From Longimicrobiales bacterium (lineage in GTDB: Bacteria > Gemmatimonadota > Gemmatimonadetes > Longimicrobiales > Gaopeijiaceae), in assembly GCA_963664435.2 (NCBI GenBank), contig CAXXKM010000001.1, forward strand, positions 768,001 to 832,000: a stretch of DNA of 64,000 bases. Reading direction: 5' to 3'. The position numbers were made by a program, and so were the translations under genes. Shown piece by piece: positions 49,724 to 57,989 of the stretch (its first letter is position 1; each line of letters opens with the position of its first letter). The notes below the pieces were generated by a model, which made no database searches, had not been told where the DNA came from, and was given only the letters and a program-made list of their open reading frames with translations.

Positions 49724-51196
49724 CTAGAAGAGCCCCTGCAGCCAGAGCACCACGAACGCGCCGTAGAATACCGACGTCGCGACCAGCGCGACCCTGCGCC
49801 ACATCGGTGGCCGAATCTCCTCCGGCAGGAAACGGGTGTTGATGTACAGCAGGTGGAGCGAGGAGATCACGAAGACGATGCCCGCCATGTTGGCGCCCAG
49901 CTGCAGCAGCACGATCGGCTGCGCCAGCCCCAGGCCGACGATCCCCCAACCGGCGATCCCCACGAGCACCGTGTAGTAGACGAAGCGCACATCGCCCCCG
50001 CGCCAGCGCCGCACGCGCCGGGACCCAGTCCACAGGATGTCGGTGATGGCGCGCGTCATTCCGTCGACGATGTCCAGTTGCGTCTTGAACAGGATCCAGA
50101 CCCCCATCAGAGCGATGATGCCCCCGAAGAGGGCGCCCGCCCGCGTGGCCATGGCGTCGGCCAGCGCCGCCGCAACCGACAGGCCGCGGATGTCGGTGCC
50201 GCCCTCGATGAAGGTCACGTAGAGGACGGCGGGCAGGATCATTCCCAGCAGCGCGCCCCCGAAGTAGACCCCCCACTGGTCGGCGCGCACGATGCGCCAC
50301 CACCCCCGCCACCGCCCCAGGGCGTCCGGGGTAGGATCGAAGATGTAGCCGGTCGGGGCCAGGCGCACCTGCTTCCCCCCCACCGCGGCCGGAATGTAGC
50401 CCACCACGCTGCCCATCCCGTACCCCTTGTCGCGCGCCCAGTTGGAGAGGGTCAGGTTGGTCATGCCACCCGCGCCCGAGTAGGCCGCGAAGGCCCCGAT
50501 CAGGAAGAAGTCGGCGCCCGCCGGCATGAAGCGGAACGCCCCCTGCGCCGGGTCGTAGCCGACCAGCCCCGCCGCCCCCGCGACCCATGTCTCCGGGGCC
50601 ACGAACATGAGCGCCAGCACCAGGAAGGTCCCGAGGATCGCCACCACCAGGATCCAGTTCAGGATCTCAAGCGTCCGTTCGATGCGCCGCCCGAAGAGCA
50701 GGATGGCGACGCACAGGACGAACGTCCCCACCCCGAAGGCATGCACCAGACCGGCGTTCTCCGGCCCCGCCAGGTCGCGGAACACCAGGAAGAACACCGC
50801 GCCCGCCGCCGTGCCCGCCCAGGCCGGCCATCCCAGCTGCAGGAAGTAGAGCAGGGCGTAGACCACCGCCCAGAACGGCGCCGCCGGCCGCGTGCGCATG
50901 AAGCCGGTGAAGACGGGCTCGCCGGTGGCGATGGTCCAGCGCATGAGCTCGGTGTTGAACACGGTCTGCAGGAAGGTGGCGACCAGCGTCACCCACAGCA
51001 GCACCAGGCCGTAGCGCACGAAGGCGGAGGGGCCCAGCAGGAATTCGCCGCCCCCGATGGAGGCGCCCAGCACGATCACTCCGGGGCCCACGACCCCCAT
51101 CCACGCCAGTCCCCGGGGCCGGGGCGGGACCGGCAGCTCGGCGCTCCGGAAGGGAGCCAGGCCGGTCCGCGATTCGGGGGTCTGTCGTTCAGGCAC
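49724..51196 (-). CDS. Nramp-like (YcsG-type) APC-fold transporter
   Basis: VGPGVIVLGASIGGGEFLLGP, RWTIATGE and RDKGYGM; about 11 TM segments. Confidence 0.75.
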   Translation of the reverse strand: MPERQTPESRTGLAPFRSAELPVPPRPRGLAWMGVVGPGVIVLGASIGGGEFLLGPSAFVRYGLVLLWVTLVATFLQTVFNTELMRWTIATGEPVFTGFMRTRPAAPFWAVVYALLYFLQLGWPAWAGTAAGAVFFLVFRDLAGPENAGLVHAFGVGTFVLCVAILLFGRRIERTLEILNWILVVAILGTFLVLALMFVAPETWVAGAAGLVGYDPAQGAFRFMPAGADFFLIGAFAAYSGAGGMTNLTLSNWARDKGYGMGSVVGYIPAAVGGKQVRLAPTGYIFDPTPDALGRWRGWWRIVRADQWGVYFGGALLGMILPAVLYVTFIEGGTDIRGLSVAAALADAMATRAGALFGGIIALMGVWILFKTQLDIVDGMTRAITDILWTGSRRVRRWRGGDVRFVYYTVLVGIAGWGIVGLGLAQPIVLLQLGANMAGIVFVISSLHLLYINTRFLPEEIRPPMWRRVALVATSVFYGAFVVLWLQGLF

Positions 51197-51500
51197 GGGT
51201 CACCGCCCTCTGTTTCGGTTTGACCGCGAATCGGCAACAGGACGCACGGCGTCCCAAATCTTGCACTCGGGGCCGTTCTGGTACATCATTGGGGGCAACC
51301 GGGGTCGGATGCGACCCCCAGAGCCAACGGGCCTTCCGGCCCAGCTTCGAACGGGGTCGAACCCAGCCAAGCCGTTTTCTTGACGAACACTCGGCCCCTT
51401 CTCCGCTTCCGTCTCGCCTCCGGCTGCCCCGGCGGCTTTCCGCGCTGACGCCAACTCGGCGGAGTCGCCCGCGCCCCTTCAGGTCCACGGCCAAGGACTG

Positions 51501-53300
51501 ATGCAACCCACGGACGTCAGCAACCCCGACTACTACCACAAGGTGGTAGACTGCCAGTGGGGCTGTCCGGCCCACACCAACGTTCCCGAGTACATCCGGC
51601 TGATCGCCAACGGTCGCTACACGGATTCGTACTGGCTGAACCGGTCGTCGAACGTCTTCCCGGGCATCCTGGGCCGCACCTGCGACCGTCCCTGCGAGCC
51701 CGCCTGCCGGCGCACCCGCATCGACGGCAAGCCGGTCGCCATCTGCCGCCTGAAGCGCGTGGCCGCCGACCTGCGCGATCCGACCGACGACCGCCTGCCC
51801 GAGATCCCCGCGGTCAAGAACGGCAAGCGCATCGCCCTGGTCGGGGCCGGCCCGGCGTCGCTCACCGTGTGCAACGACCTCATGCCGCTCGGCTACGAGT
51901 GCGTCATCTTCGAGGCGCTCGACCGTCCCGGCGGGCTCATGCGCACCAACATCCCCGCCTTCCGGCTCCCGTGGCAGGTGCTGGACGAAGAGATCGACAT
52001 GATCCTCGACATGGGCGTGAAGGTCCACTACAGCACGCGCATCGAGTCGATGAAGGCGCTGCTCGAGGAGGGCTACGACGCCGTCTTCGTGGGCACCGGG
52101 GCTCCCAAGGGCAAGGAGCTCAACATCCCGGGCCGCCAGGAAGCCGCCGACAACATCCACATCGGCATCGAGTGGCTGGAGTCGGTGCACTTCGGGCACG
52201 TGGACTCCATCGGCGAGCGCGTGCTGGTCATCGGGGTGGGCAACACGGCGATGGACTGCTGCCGCTCCTCGAAGCGCCTGGGCGGCGTCGACATCAAGGT
52301 GATGGCGCGCAAGTCGCGGCCGTACTTCAAGGCGTCGCCGTGGGAGCTCGAGGACGCCGAGGAGGAGCTGGTCGAGATCGTCGAGAACTACTCCCCGAAG
52401 CGCTTCGTGCTGGAGGACGGCAAGCTCGTCGGGATGGAGTTCGAACTCGTCAGCTGGCACGAGGACGAAGAGAGCGGCCGGCTGAAGGCGACCGTCCACG
52501 GCACCGAGATCCTCCCCTGCGACGACGTCATCCTCGCCATCGGCCAGGACAACGCCTTCCCCTGGATCGAGCGCGACATCGGCATCGAGTTCAACCACTG
52601 GGAGATGCCCGAGGTCGACCGAACGACCTTCATGACCAGCCGCGAAGGGATCTTCGTGGGCGGCGACGCGGCCTGGGGCCCGGAGAACATCATCTGGGCG
52701 GTGGAGCACGGCCACCAGGCGGCCATCTCCATCCACAACTACTGCCAGGGACTGTCCCTGACCGAAGACCGCCCGCCCCAGGACCACAACCTCATCTCCG
52801 CCAAGATGGGGATGCACGAGTGGGCCTACTCCAACGACTACAATCCCTCGGCGCGCCAGAAGATGCAGCACGTCGAGCTGGTGCGCCGCTTCGAGGAGCT
52901 CTCCATCGAAGTGGAGATGGGATTCGACGCCGAACAGACCGCGCGTGAGGTGGAACGCTGCCTCAACTGCGACATCCAGACCCACTTCGAGGCGAAGCTG
53001 TGCATCGAATGCGACGCCTGCATCGACATCTGCCCGGTGCACTGCCTCACGATCACCGTGAACGGCGATGAGCCCGATCTGCGCAGCCGCCTCATGGCCC
53101 CCGCGGAGAACCTCACCCAGGATCTGATGGTATCAGAAGGACTCCCCCAGACCGGACGCGTGATGGTGAAGGACGAGGATCTCTGCGTCCACTGCGGACT
53201 CTGCGCGGAGCGATGCCCCACGGCGGCGTGGGACATGCGCAAGTTCGAACTGTTGATCCCCTACGCGGGGCAGGAAGCGGCATGCCCGAGCCACGTCTAG
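51501..53300 (+). CDS. GltD-like NAD(P)H/FAD oxidoreductase with C-terminal 2x[4Fe-4S] ferredoxin domain
   Basis: CQWGCPAH, GRTCDRPCE..C, GAGPAS, GVGNTAMDC, CIECDACIDICP and CVHCGLCAERCP. Confidence 0.9.
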   Translation: MQPTDVSNPDYYHKVVDCQWGCPAHTNVPEYIRLIANGRYTDSYWLNRSSNVFPGILGRTCDRPCEPACRRTRIDGKPVAICRLKRVAADLRDPTDDRLPEIPAVKNGKRIALVGAGPASLTVCNDLMPLGYECVIFEALDRPGGLMRTNIPAFRLPWQVLDEEIDMILDMGVKVHYSTRIESMKALLEEGYDAVFVGTGAPKGKELNIPGRQEAADNIHIGIEWLESVHFGHVDSIGERVLVIGVGNTAMDCCRSSKRLGGVDIKVMARKSRPYFKASPWELEDAEEELVEIVENYSPKRFVLEDGKLVGMEFELVSWHEDEESGRLKATVHGTEILPCDDVILAIGQDNAFPWIERDIGIEFNHWEMPEVDRTTFMTSREGIFVGGDAAWGPENIIWAVEHGHQAAISIHNYCQGLSLTEDRPPQDHNLISAKMGMHEWAYSNDYNPSARQKMQHVELVRRFEELSIEVEMGFDAEQTAREVERCLNCDIQTHFEAKLCIECDACIDICPVHCLTITVNGDEPDLRSRLMAPAENLTQDLMVSEGLPQTGRVMVKDEDLCVHCGLCAERCPTAAWDMRKFELLIPYAGQEAACPSHV

Positions 53301-53302
53301 AT

Positions 53303-55153
53303 ATGGCTGACCGGACCAACGACTTCGCGTTCAAGATCGGGACCGTCAACGGGACGGGGTCGGCGAGCGCGAACGGCCTCATCATGCAGGCGATCTTCCG
53401 CATGGGAATCCCCTGTACCGGCAAGAACGTCTTCCCCTCCAACATCCAGGGGCTCCCGACCTGGTACGAAGTCCGCGTGAGCGGCGACGGCTACTCGGCG
53501 CGCACCCCCGAATTCGACCTCATCGTGGCCATGAACCCGGCCACCTACGAGCGCGACATCGCCGACGTGCGTCCGGGCGGATACCTGCTGCACGACTCCT
53601 CCTGGCCCATGGCGAAGGAGTTCCTGCGCGACGACATCAACTTCCTGGGGGTCCCTCTGGGAGAGATGTGCGTGCGGGAGTTCAAGGGCGCGCGCGTGCG
53701 CATCCTGATGAAGAACATCGCCTACGCCGGGGCGCTGGCCGCGCTGCTGTCGATGGACCTGGACGTGATCCGCAGGATGATCCGCGAGAAGTTCGCGGCG
53801 AAGCCCAAGCTCATCGGCTCCAACTACAAGGCGATCGAGCTCGGCTACGACTACGCGATGGAGCACTTCGACTGCCCGCTGCCCATCCGGCTCGAGACGA
53901 TGGACGCGACCTCGGACCATGTGCTCATGGACGGCAACACCGCGGCCGCGCTCGGCTGCGTATTCGCCGGGGCGACGGTGGGCGCGTGGTACCCGATCAC
54001 GCCTTCGACCTCGCTCATGGACGGCTTCCAGCGCTTCTGCGAGCGCTTCCGCAAGGATCCTGAGACCGGCGAGCGCAACTTCTTCATCGCCCAGGCCGAG
54101 GACGAACTGGCGGCGGCCGGCGTGGTGGTGGGCGCGGGATGGGCGGGCGCGCGCGCCTTCACCCCGACCAGCGGCCCGGGCATCTCGCTGATGAGCGAGT
54201 TCATCGGGCTGGCCTACTACGCGGAGGTGCCGTCGGTCTTCGTGGACGTGCAGCGGGTAGGGCCGTCGACGGGCATGCCGACCCGGACGCAGCAGGGCGA
54301 CATCGCGGCGGTGGCGTACGCCTCGCACGGCGACACCAAGCACATCGCGCTCTTCCCGGCCAACCCGGAGGAGTCGTTCCACATGGCGGTGGAGGCCTTC
54401 GACCTCGCCGAGCGCTTCCAGACCCCGGTGTTCCTGGTGCAGGACCTGGACATCGGCATGAACGACTGGATGATCCCGAAGCTCACCTGGGACGACAACT
54501 TCGCGCCCGACCGCGGCAAGGTGCTCGGGGCCGACGAACTCGAGCGGATCAAGAAGTTCTACCGCTACATGGATGTGGACGGCGACGGGATCCCCTACCG
54601 CTCGCTTCCGGGCGTGCATCCCAAGGGTGCGTACTTCACGCGCGGTTCGGGACACACCAGCCGCGGTACCTACACCGAGGATGCCGACGAGTACACCGAA
54701 GTGATGGACCGGCTGCGGAAGAAGATCGACTCGGCGGCGAGCGAAGTGCCCTCCCCGGCGATCGAGATGCGCGAGGGCGCCGGCATGGCGCTGGTCACCA
54801 TCGGTTCTTGCGACGGGGCGGTGCGCGAGGCGGCCGACATCCTGGAGAGCCAGGGCGTGCCCGTGGACTACATGCGCGTGCGCGGCTTCCCCTTCGACCC
54901 GCTCGTGCGTGAATTCCTGGACGCGCACGAGCTCAACTTCGTGGTGGAGCAGAACCGGGACGCGCAGCTGAAGAGGTTGCTGGTGACCGAGACCGAGGTC
55001 GACCCGGCCCGCATCCATTCGGTTCTGGACTACGGGGGTTTCCCGTTGAGCGCGGCCTTCGTAGCGGGCGAGGTGAACGAGCGCCTGGGCCTCACGCCCG
55101 ATGACAGGAAGTTGCGGCCGGCGGCGGAGCGGCCGGAAGGAGCGGTGGCATGA
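53303..55153 (+). CDS. korA: 2-oxoacid:acceptor oxidoreductase alpha subunit
   Basis: NGTGSASAN, WYPITPST, QAEDEL, TSGPG and QRVGPSTGMPTRTQQGD. Confidence 0.92.
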   Translation: MADRTNDFAFKIGTVNGTGSASANGLIMQAIFRMGIPCTGKNVFPSNIQGLPTWYEVRVSGDGYSARTPEFDLIVAMNPATYERDIADVRPGGYLLHDSSWPMAKEFLRDDINFLGVPLGEMCVREFKGARVRILMKNIAYAGALAALLSMDLDVIRRMIREKFAAKPKLIGSNYKAIELGYDYAMEHFDCPLPIRLETMDATSDHVLMDGNTAAALGCVFAGATVGAWYPITPSTSLMDGFQRFCERFRKDPETGERNFFIAQAEDELAAAGVVVGAGWAGARAFTPTSGPGISLMSEFIGLAYYAEVPSVFVDVQRVGPSTGMPTRTQQGDIAAVAYASHGDTKHIALFPANPEESFHMAVEAFDLAERFQTPVFLVQDLDIGMNDWMIPKLTWDDNFAPDRGKVLGADELERIKKFYRYMDVDGDGIPYRSLPGVHPKGAYFTRGSGHTSRGTYTEDADEYTEVMDRLRKKIDSAASEVPSPAIEMREGAGMALVTIGSCDGAVREAADILESQGVPVDYMRVRGFPFDPLVREFLDAHELNFVVEQNRDAQLKRLLVTETEVDPARIHSVLDYGGFPLSAAFVAGEVNERLGLTPDDRKLRPAAERPEGAVA

Positions 55154-56205
55154 CCTACATCCCCAAGCCCGCAGTCAGGCATCCCGGCCTCGGCGCCAAC
55201 GAGCTCGGCCTGCACATGCGCGACTACGAAGGCACAATCTCGACCCTGTGCGCGGGGTGCGGCCACGACTCGGTCACGGCCGCGGTCATCCAGGCCTTCT
55301 ACGAGCTGTCCATCCCGCCGCACCGCATCGCCAAGATGAGCGGCATCGGCTGCTCGGCGAAGACGCCCGCGTACTTCGTGGAGCAGGCGCACGGCTTCAA
55401 CGGGGTGCATGGGCGCATGCCCGCCCTCGCCACCGGAGCCAACGCCGCCAACCGGGACCTGTACTACATCGGAATCTCCGGCGACGGCGACTCGCTCTCC
55501 ATCGGCCTGGGCCAGTTCTGCCACGCGATCCGCCGCAACGTCAACATGCTGTACGTGCTGGAGAACAACGGAGTCTACGGGCTCACCAAGGGCCAGTTCT
55601 CCGCCTCGGCCGACATAGGCTCGCGCTCCAAGCGCGGCGTGCCCAACAAGAGCGAGCCCATCGACCCGGTGGCGCTGGCGCTGACCCTGGGCGCCACCTT
55701 CGTCGCCCGAGGCTTCTCCGGTGACAAGCAGCAGCTCATCCCGCTGCTCAAGGCGGGGCTGATGCACAAGGGCTTCGCCTTCATCGACGTGATCTCCCCG
55801 TGCGTCACCTTCAACGACCACGTCGGGTCCACGAAGAGCTACCTCTACACGCGCCACCACGGACACGAGCTCGTGCCCGTGGACTTCGTGCCCATCCGCT
55901 CGGAGATCTCCGCGCCGTCCGACAACGGTGGCCGCACCTCCATCACCATGCACGACGGCAGCATGGTGCGCTTCCGCAAGGTGCCCGAGGACTACGATCC
56001 CACCGACCGCCTGTCCGCCTACGAGCACTACCGCTCCCTGCAGAACCGTGGCGAGGTGGTGACCGGGCTCCTCTACCTGGACCCTTCAGGCGAGGACATG
56101 CACGACGACAACGCAACCACCTCGACGCCGCTGTCAGAAATGTCCCACGAGGACCTCTGCCCGGGCAGCGAGCAGATGGACGCGCTGATGGAGGAGTTCA
56201 GGTAG
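55150..56205 (+). CDS. korB: 2-oxoacid:ferredoxin oxidoreductase beta subunit
   Basis: LCAGCGH, SGIGCS, HGR, TPP motif GDGD..NNGVYGLTKGQ and SPCVTFN. Confidence 0.93.
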   Translation: MTYIPKPAVRHPGLGANELGLHMRDYEGTISTLCAGCGHDSVTAAVIQAFYELSIPPHRIAKMSGIGCSAKTPAYFVEQAHGFNGVHGRMPALATGANAANRDLYYIGISGDGDSLSIGLGQFCHAIRRNVNMLYVLENNGVYGLTKGQFSASADIGSRSKRGVPNKSEPIDPVALALTLGATFVARGFSGDKQQLIPLLKAGLMHKGFAFIDVISPCVTFNDHVGSTKSYLYTRHHGHELVPVDFVPIRSEISAPSDNGGRTSITMHDGSMVRFRKVPEDYDPTDRLSAYEHYRSLQNRGEVVTGLLYLDPSGEDMHDDNATTSTPLSEMSHEDLCPGSEQMDALMEEFR

Positions 56206-56220
56206 AGGGAAGGTACTGGC

Positions 56221-57036
56221 TTATTCCTCTCCCGCGTCTTCCATCCGCGCCGGTTTGCGAGTGATGGACTGCTTGAGTGCGTCCAGATTCGCGTTGACGA
56301 CTGCCTTCACCAACTCGAAGTCCGCCTCACTCAATGGGATCGGGATTCTCAGGACAGCCTGACCCCCGCTCATGAGCGGGATATTCAGGTCCCAATCCTT
56401 CGTTGTCGCCGCATCCGTTGACGGCATGGGCCGGTCAGCGGTCCTCGGGCTGCTCTCGGGTTCTTCTGCAGCGGGATCGGGTTCCGGTTCGCCGGGGTCT
56501 GATGCGTCGCTGCCACCCGAAGGCGCATCGCGAACGCCATCATCAAGCAGGTTGGCGAACTCCAGGGTATCCCGGAAGGTAGCGCTGAAGCCGTCGATCG
56601 CCTTCCGATTAAACCCACGATTCGCCAATTCCCATCGAATCGTGCTGTCAGAAGGCAGCCGCCGATTCCCTTCCCACTTGTCCCAAAGCTGCGCGTGGAT
56701 CGATGGAGCCAGCGCCGCTTCCTGACATGCCTTGACCCACTCTGGGTCATCACGGTCCTTTAGCACCAGCACCTTGCCGATGTCCGAGAGCCACACCACC
56801 CGCTGTTGGCCGCTCCCCTTCTCCTCCAAGAGGCCGTAGTGTCTCAGTGCCGCGAGTATTCGTTGTCCTAGACCGCTCCTGCGGGTGTAACCCCAGTGGT
56901 CCAAGACGGTTGCGACTGGGACTTGGTTAAGATCCTCTTTGTTGTAGAGGATCTCAGTACGCCGGATCGCTTCCTCCAGCGTAATCGCCGGGTGTTCCGG
57001 GCTCCGGGTTCTCGTCGTCTTCGTCGTGTCAGGCAT
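56221..57036 (-). CDS. Hypothetical protein with winged-helix-like N-terminal domain
   Basis: 271 aa; AT-richer codons; HPAITLEEAI..WGY..LAALRHYGLLE; acidic/Pro linker; small C-terminal domain. Confidence 0.65.
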   Translation of the reverse strand: MPDTTKTTRTRSPEHPAITLEEAIRRTEILYNKEDLNQVPVATVLDHWGYTRRSGLGQRILAALRHYGLLEEKGSGQQRVVWLSDIGKVLVLKDRDDPEWVKACQEAALAPSIHAQLWDKWEGNRRLPSDSTIRWELANRGFNRKAIDGFSATFRDTLEFANLLDDGVRDAPSGGSDASDPGEPEPDPAAEEPESSPRTADRPMPSTDAATTKDWDLNIPLMSGGQAVLRIPIPLSEADFELVKAVVNANLDALKQSITRKPARMEDAGEE

Positions 57037-57076
57037 CTCATGTCCCCATTTGCGTTAAGGAGTCGCGCATAGATGA

Positions 57077-57105
57077 AACATGGGATACCTCGGCGTGTAT
57101 GTCAA
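57077..57105 (-). promoter_or_regulatory. Putative sigma70 promoter for the 56221-57036 gene
   Basis: Minus strand TTGACA-N17-CATGTT; the -10 is weak. Confidence 0.45.
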
Positions 57106-57125
57106 GATAGTCTAGCTTGCCGTTC

Positions 57126-57154
57126 TTGACACGGTATCACAGTTTTGCTAAGAT
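57126..57154 (+). promoter_or_regulatory. Near-consensus sigma70 promoter facing right
   Basis: TTGACA (57126-31), N17, TAAGAT (57149-54), with extended -10 TG at 57146-47. Confidence 0.75.
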
Positions 57155-57261
57155 AGTAGTGATCGCAGGCCGATCCGAGACACGTCAGGAGAACATCGAG
57201 ACAGGTGAATCTGCTCCCAACCCTCTTAAGCTGAAAACGAAGGAACTGCGATGTCCTCACC

Positions 57262-57606
57262 TCAAGAACCCAAAGCGTGCGCTGGGTGTGCCTCGGCCTC
57301 TGGATTGGCTAGTGTCTCTATCCGGTCGACTGCGCCAGTAGTCGTCGCTTCGCGCATCTGGTGCCAGAGATCCCAGGCGAGCTGGGCTGTTAGCCAGAAG
57401 CCTGCGGACACGGCGAACATCTTCTCAAGGCGAAGCGCCGTGTCCGGAGTTACGCCTCGGCGCCCGTTGATGATCGCGTTCAAACGCTGGAAGGACATAC
57501 CAAGCGCCTGGGCAGCCTTGGTCTGCGTGAGGCCGTGCTTGCGTAGGACCCTCGCTAGATGCACGCCGGGATGCGTTGGGGGGCGGTATTTCGGCAACCG
57601 AATCAT
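57262..57606 (-). CDS. higA: HigA-family antitoxin (XRE HTH)
   Basis: PPTHPG..LTQTKAAQALGMSFQRLNAIINGRRGVTPDTALRL..FWL..Q..WDL. Confidence 0.93.
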   Translation of the reverse strand: MIRLPKYRPPTHPGVHLARVLRKHGLTQTKAAQALGMSFQRLNAIINGRRGVTPDTALRLEKMFAVSAGFWLTAQLAWDLWHQMREATTTGAVDRIETLANPEAEAHPAHALGS

Positions 57607-57633
57607 GGAATCTTCCTTTGGGGAATCGCTACC

Positions 57634-57924
57634 GTGATCGCGTCATTCGCCAACAAGGGGACAGAGAATGTCTTCGACGGAGAGAACACAAAAGCTGCGC
57701 GAAAGGTTTGCCCCACGGATCTCTTCCCCGCCGCCAAGGAGGCGCTGGACGCACTGAACTCCGCGATGAGCCTCCAAGATCTCAAGGGCCTTGGGTACGG
57801 ACTTCATAAACTGCACCGTGAGCGATCGGGGCAGCTGGCCATCAAGATCAACAAGCAATATCGAGTCTGCTTCGTTTGGGCTTCCGATGGTCCGACGGCA
57901 GTGGAGATCACTGACTACCACTAG
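57634..57924 (+). CDS. higB: HigB-family (RelE/ParE) toxin
   Basis: GTG start; IASFANKGTE.VFDG..KAARK, GQLAIKINKQYRVCFVW and C-terminal VEITDYH. Confidence 0.88.
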   Translation: MIASFANKGTENVFDGENTKAARKVCPTDLFPAAKEALDALNSAMSLQDLKGLGYGLHKLHRERSGQLAIKINKQYRVCFVWASDGPTAVEITDYH

Positions 57925-57931
57925 GATCCGG

Positions 57932-57976
57932 GTTCTCTTGAGAACGTAGTATAACGTAGCCCGTGCTATGTGTCAA
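57932..57976 (-). promoter_or_regulatory. Near-consensus sigma70 promoter facing left, with a palindrome at the predicted start site
   Basis: Minus strand TTGACA (57976-71), N17, TATACT (57953-48); GTTCTC-TT-GAGAAC at 57932-45. Confidence 0.75.
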
Positions 57977-57989
57977 AACGGGCTTGCCG

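Noticed and set aside
47945..51223. 1092-aa plus-strand ORF and similar long shadow ORFs
   Set aside because: They are antisense or off-frame to well-supported genes, Arg/Pro/Gly-rich and motif-free, as expected in high-GC DNA.
51340..51375. tRNA (minus-strand GGTTCGACCC, T-loop-like)
   Set aside because: No acceptor stem, D-arm or anticodon arm could be built around it.
57251..57637. 128-aa ORF antisense to higA with an AAGGA RBS
   Set aside because: No recognisable domain and fully overlaps higA, so not called as a gene. It does lie on the predicted + transcript and its TGA overlaps the higB GTG, so translational coupling is worth a Ribo-seq check.
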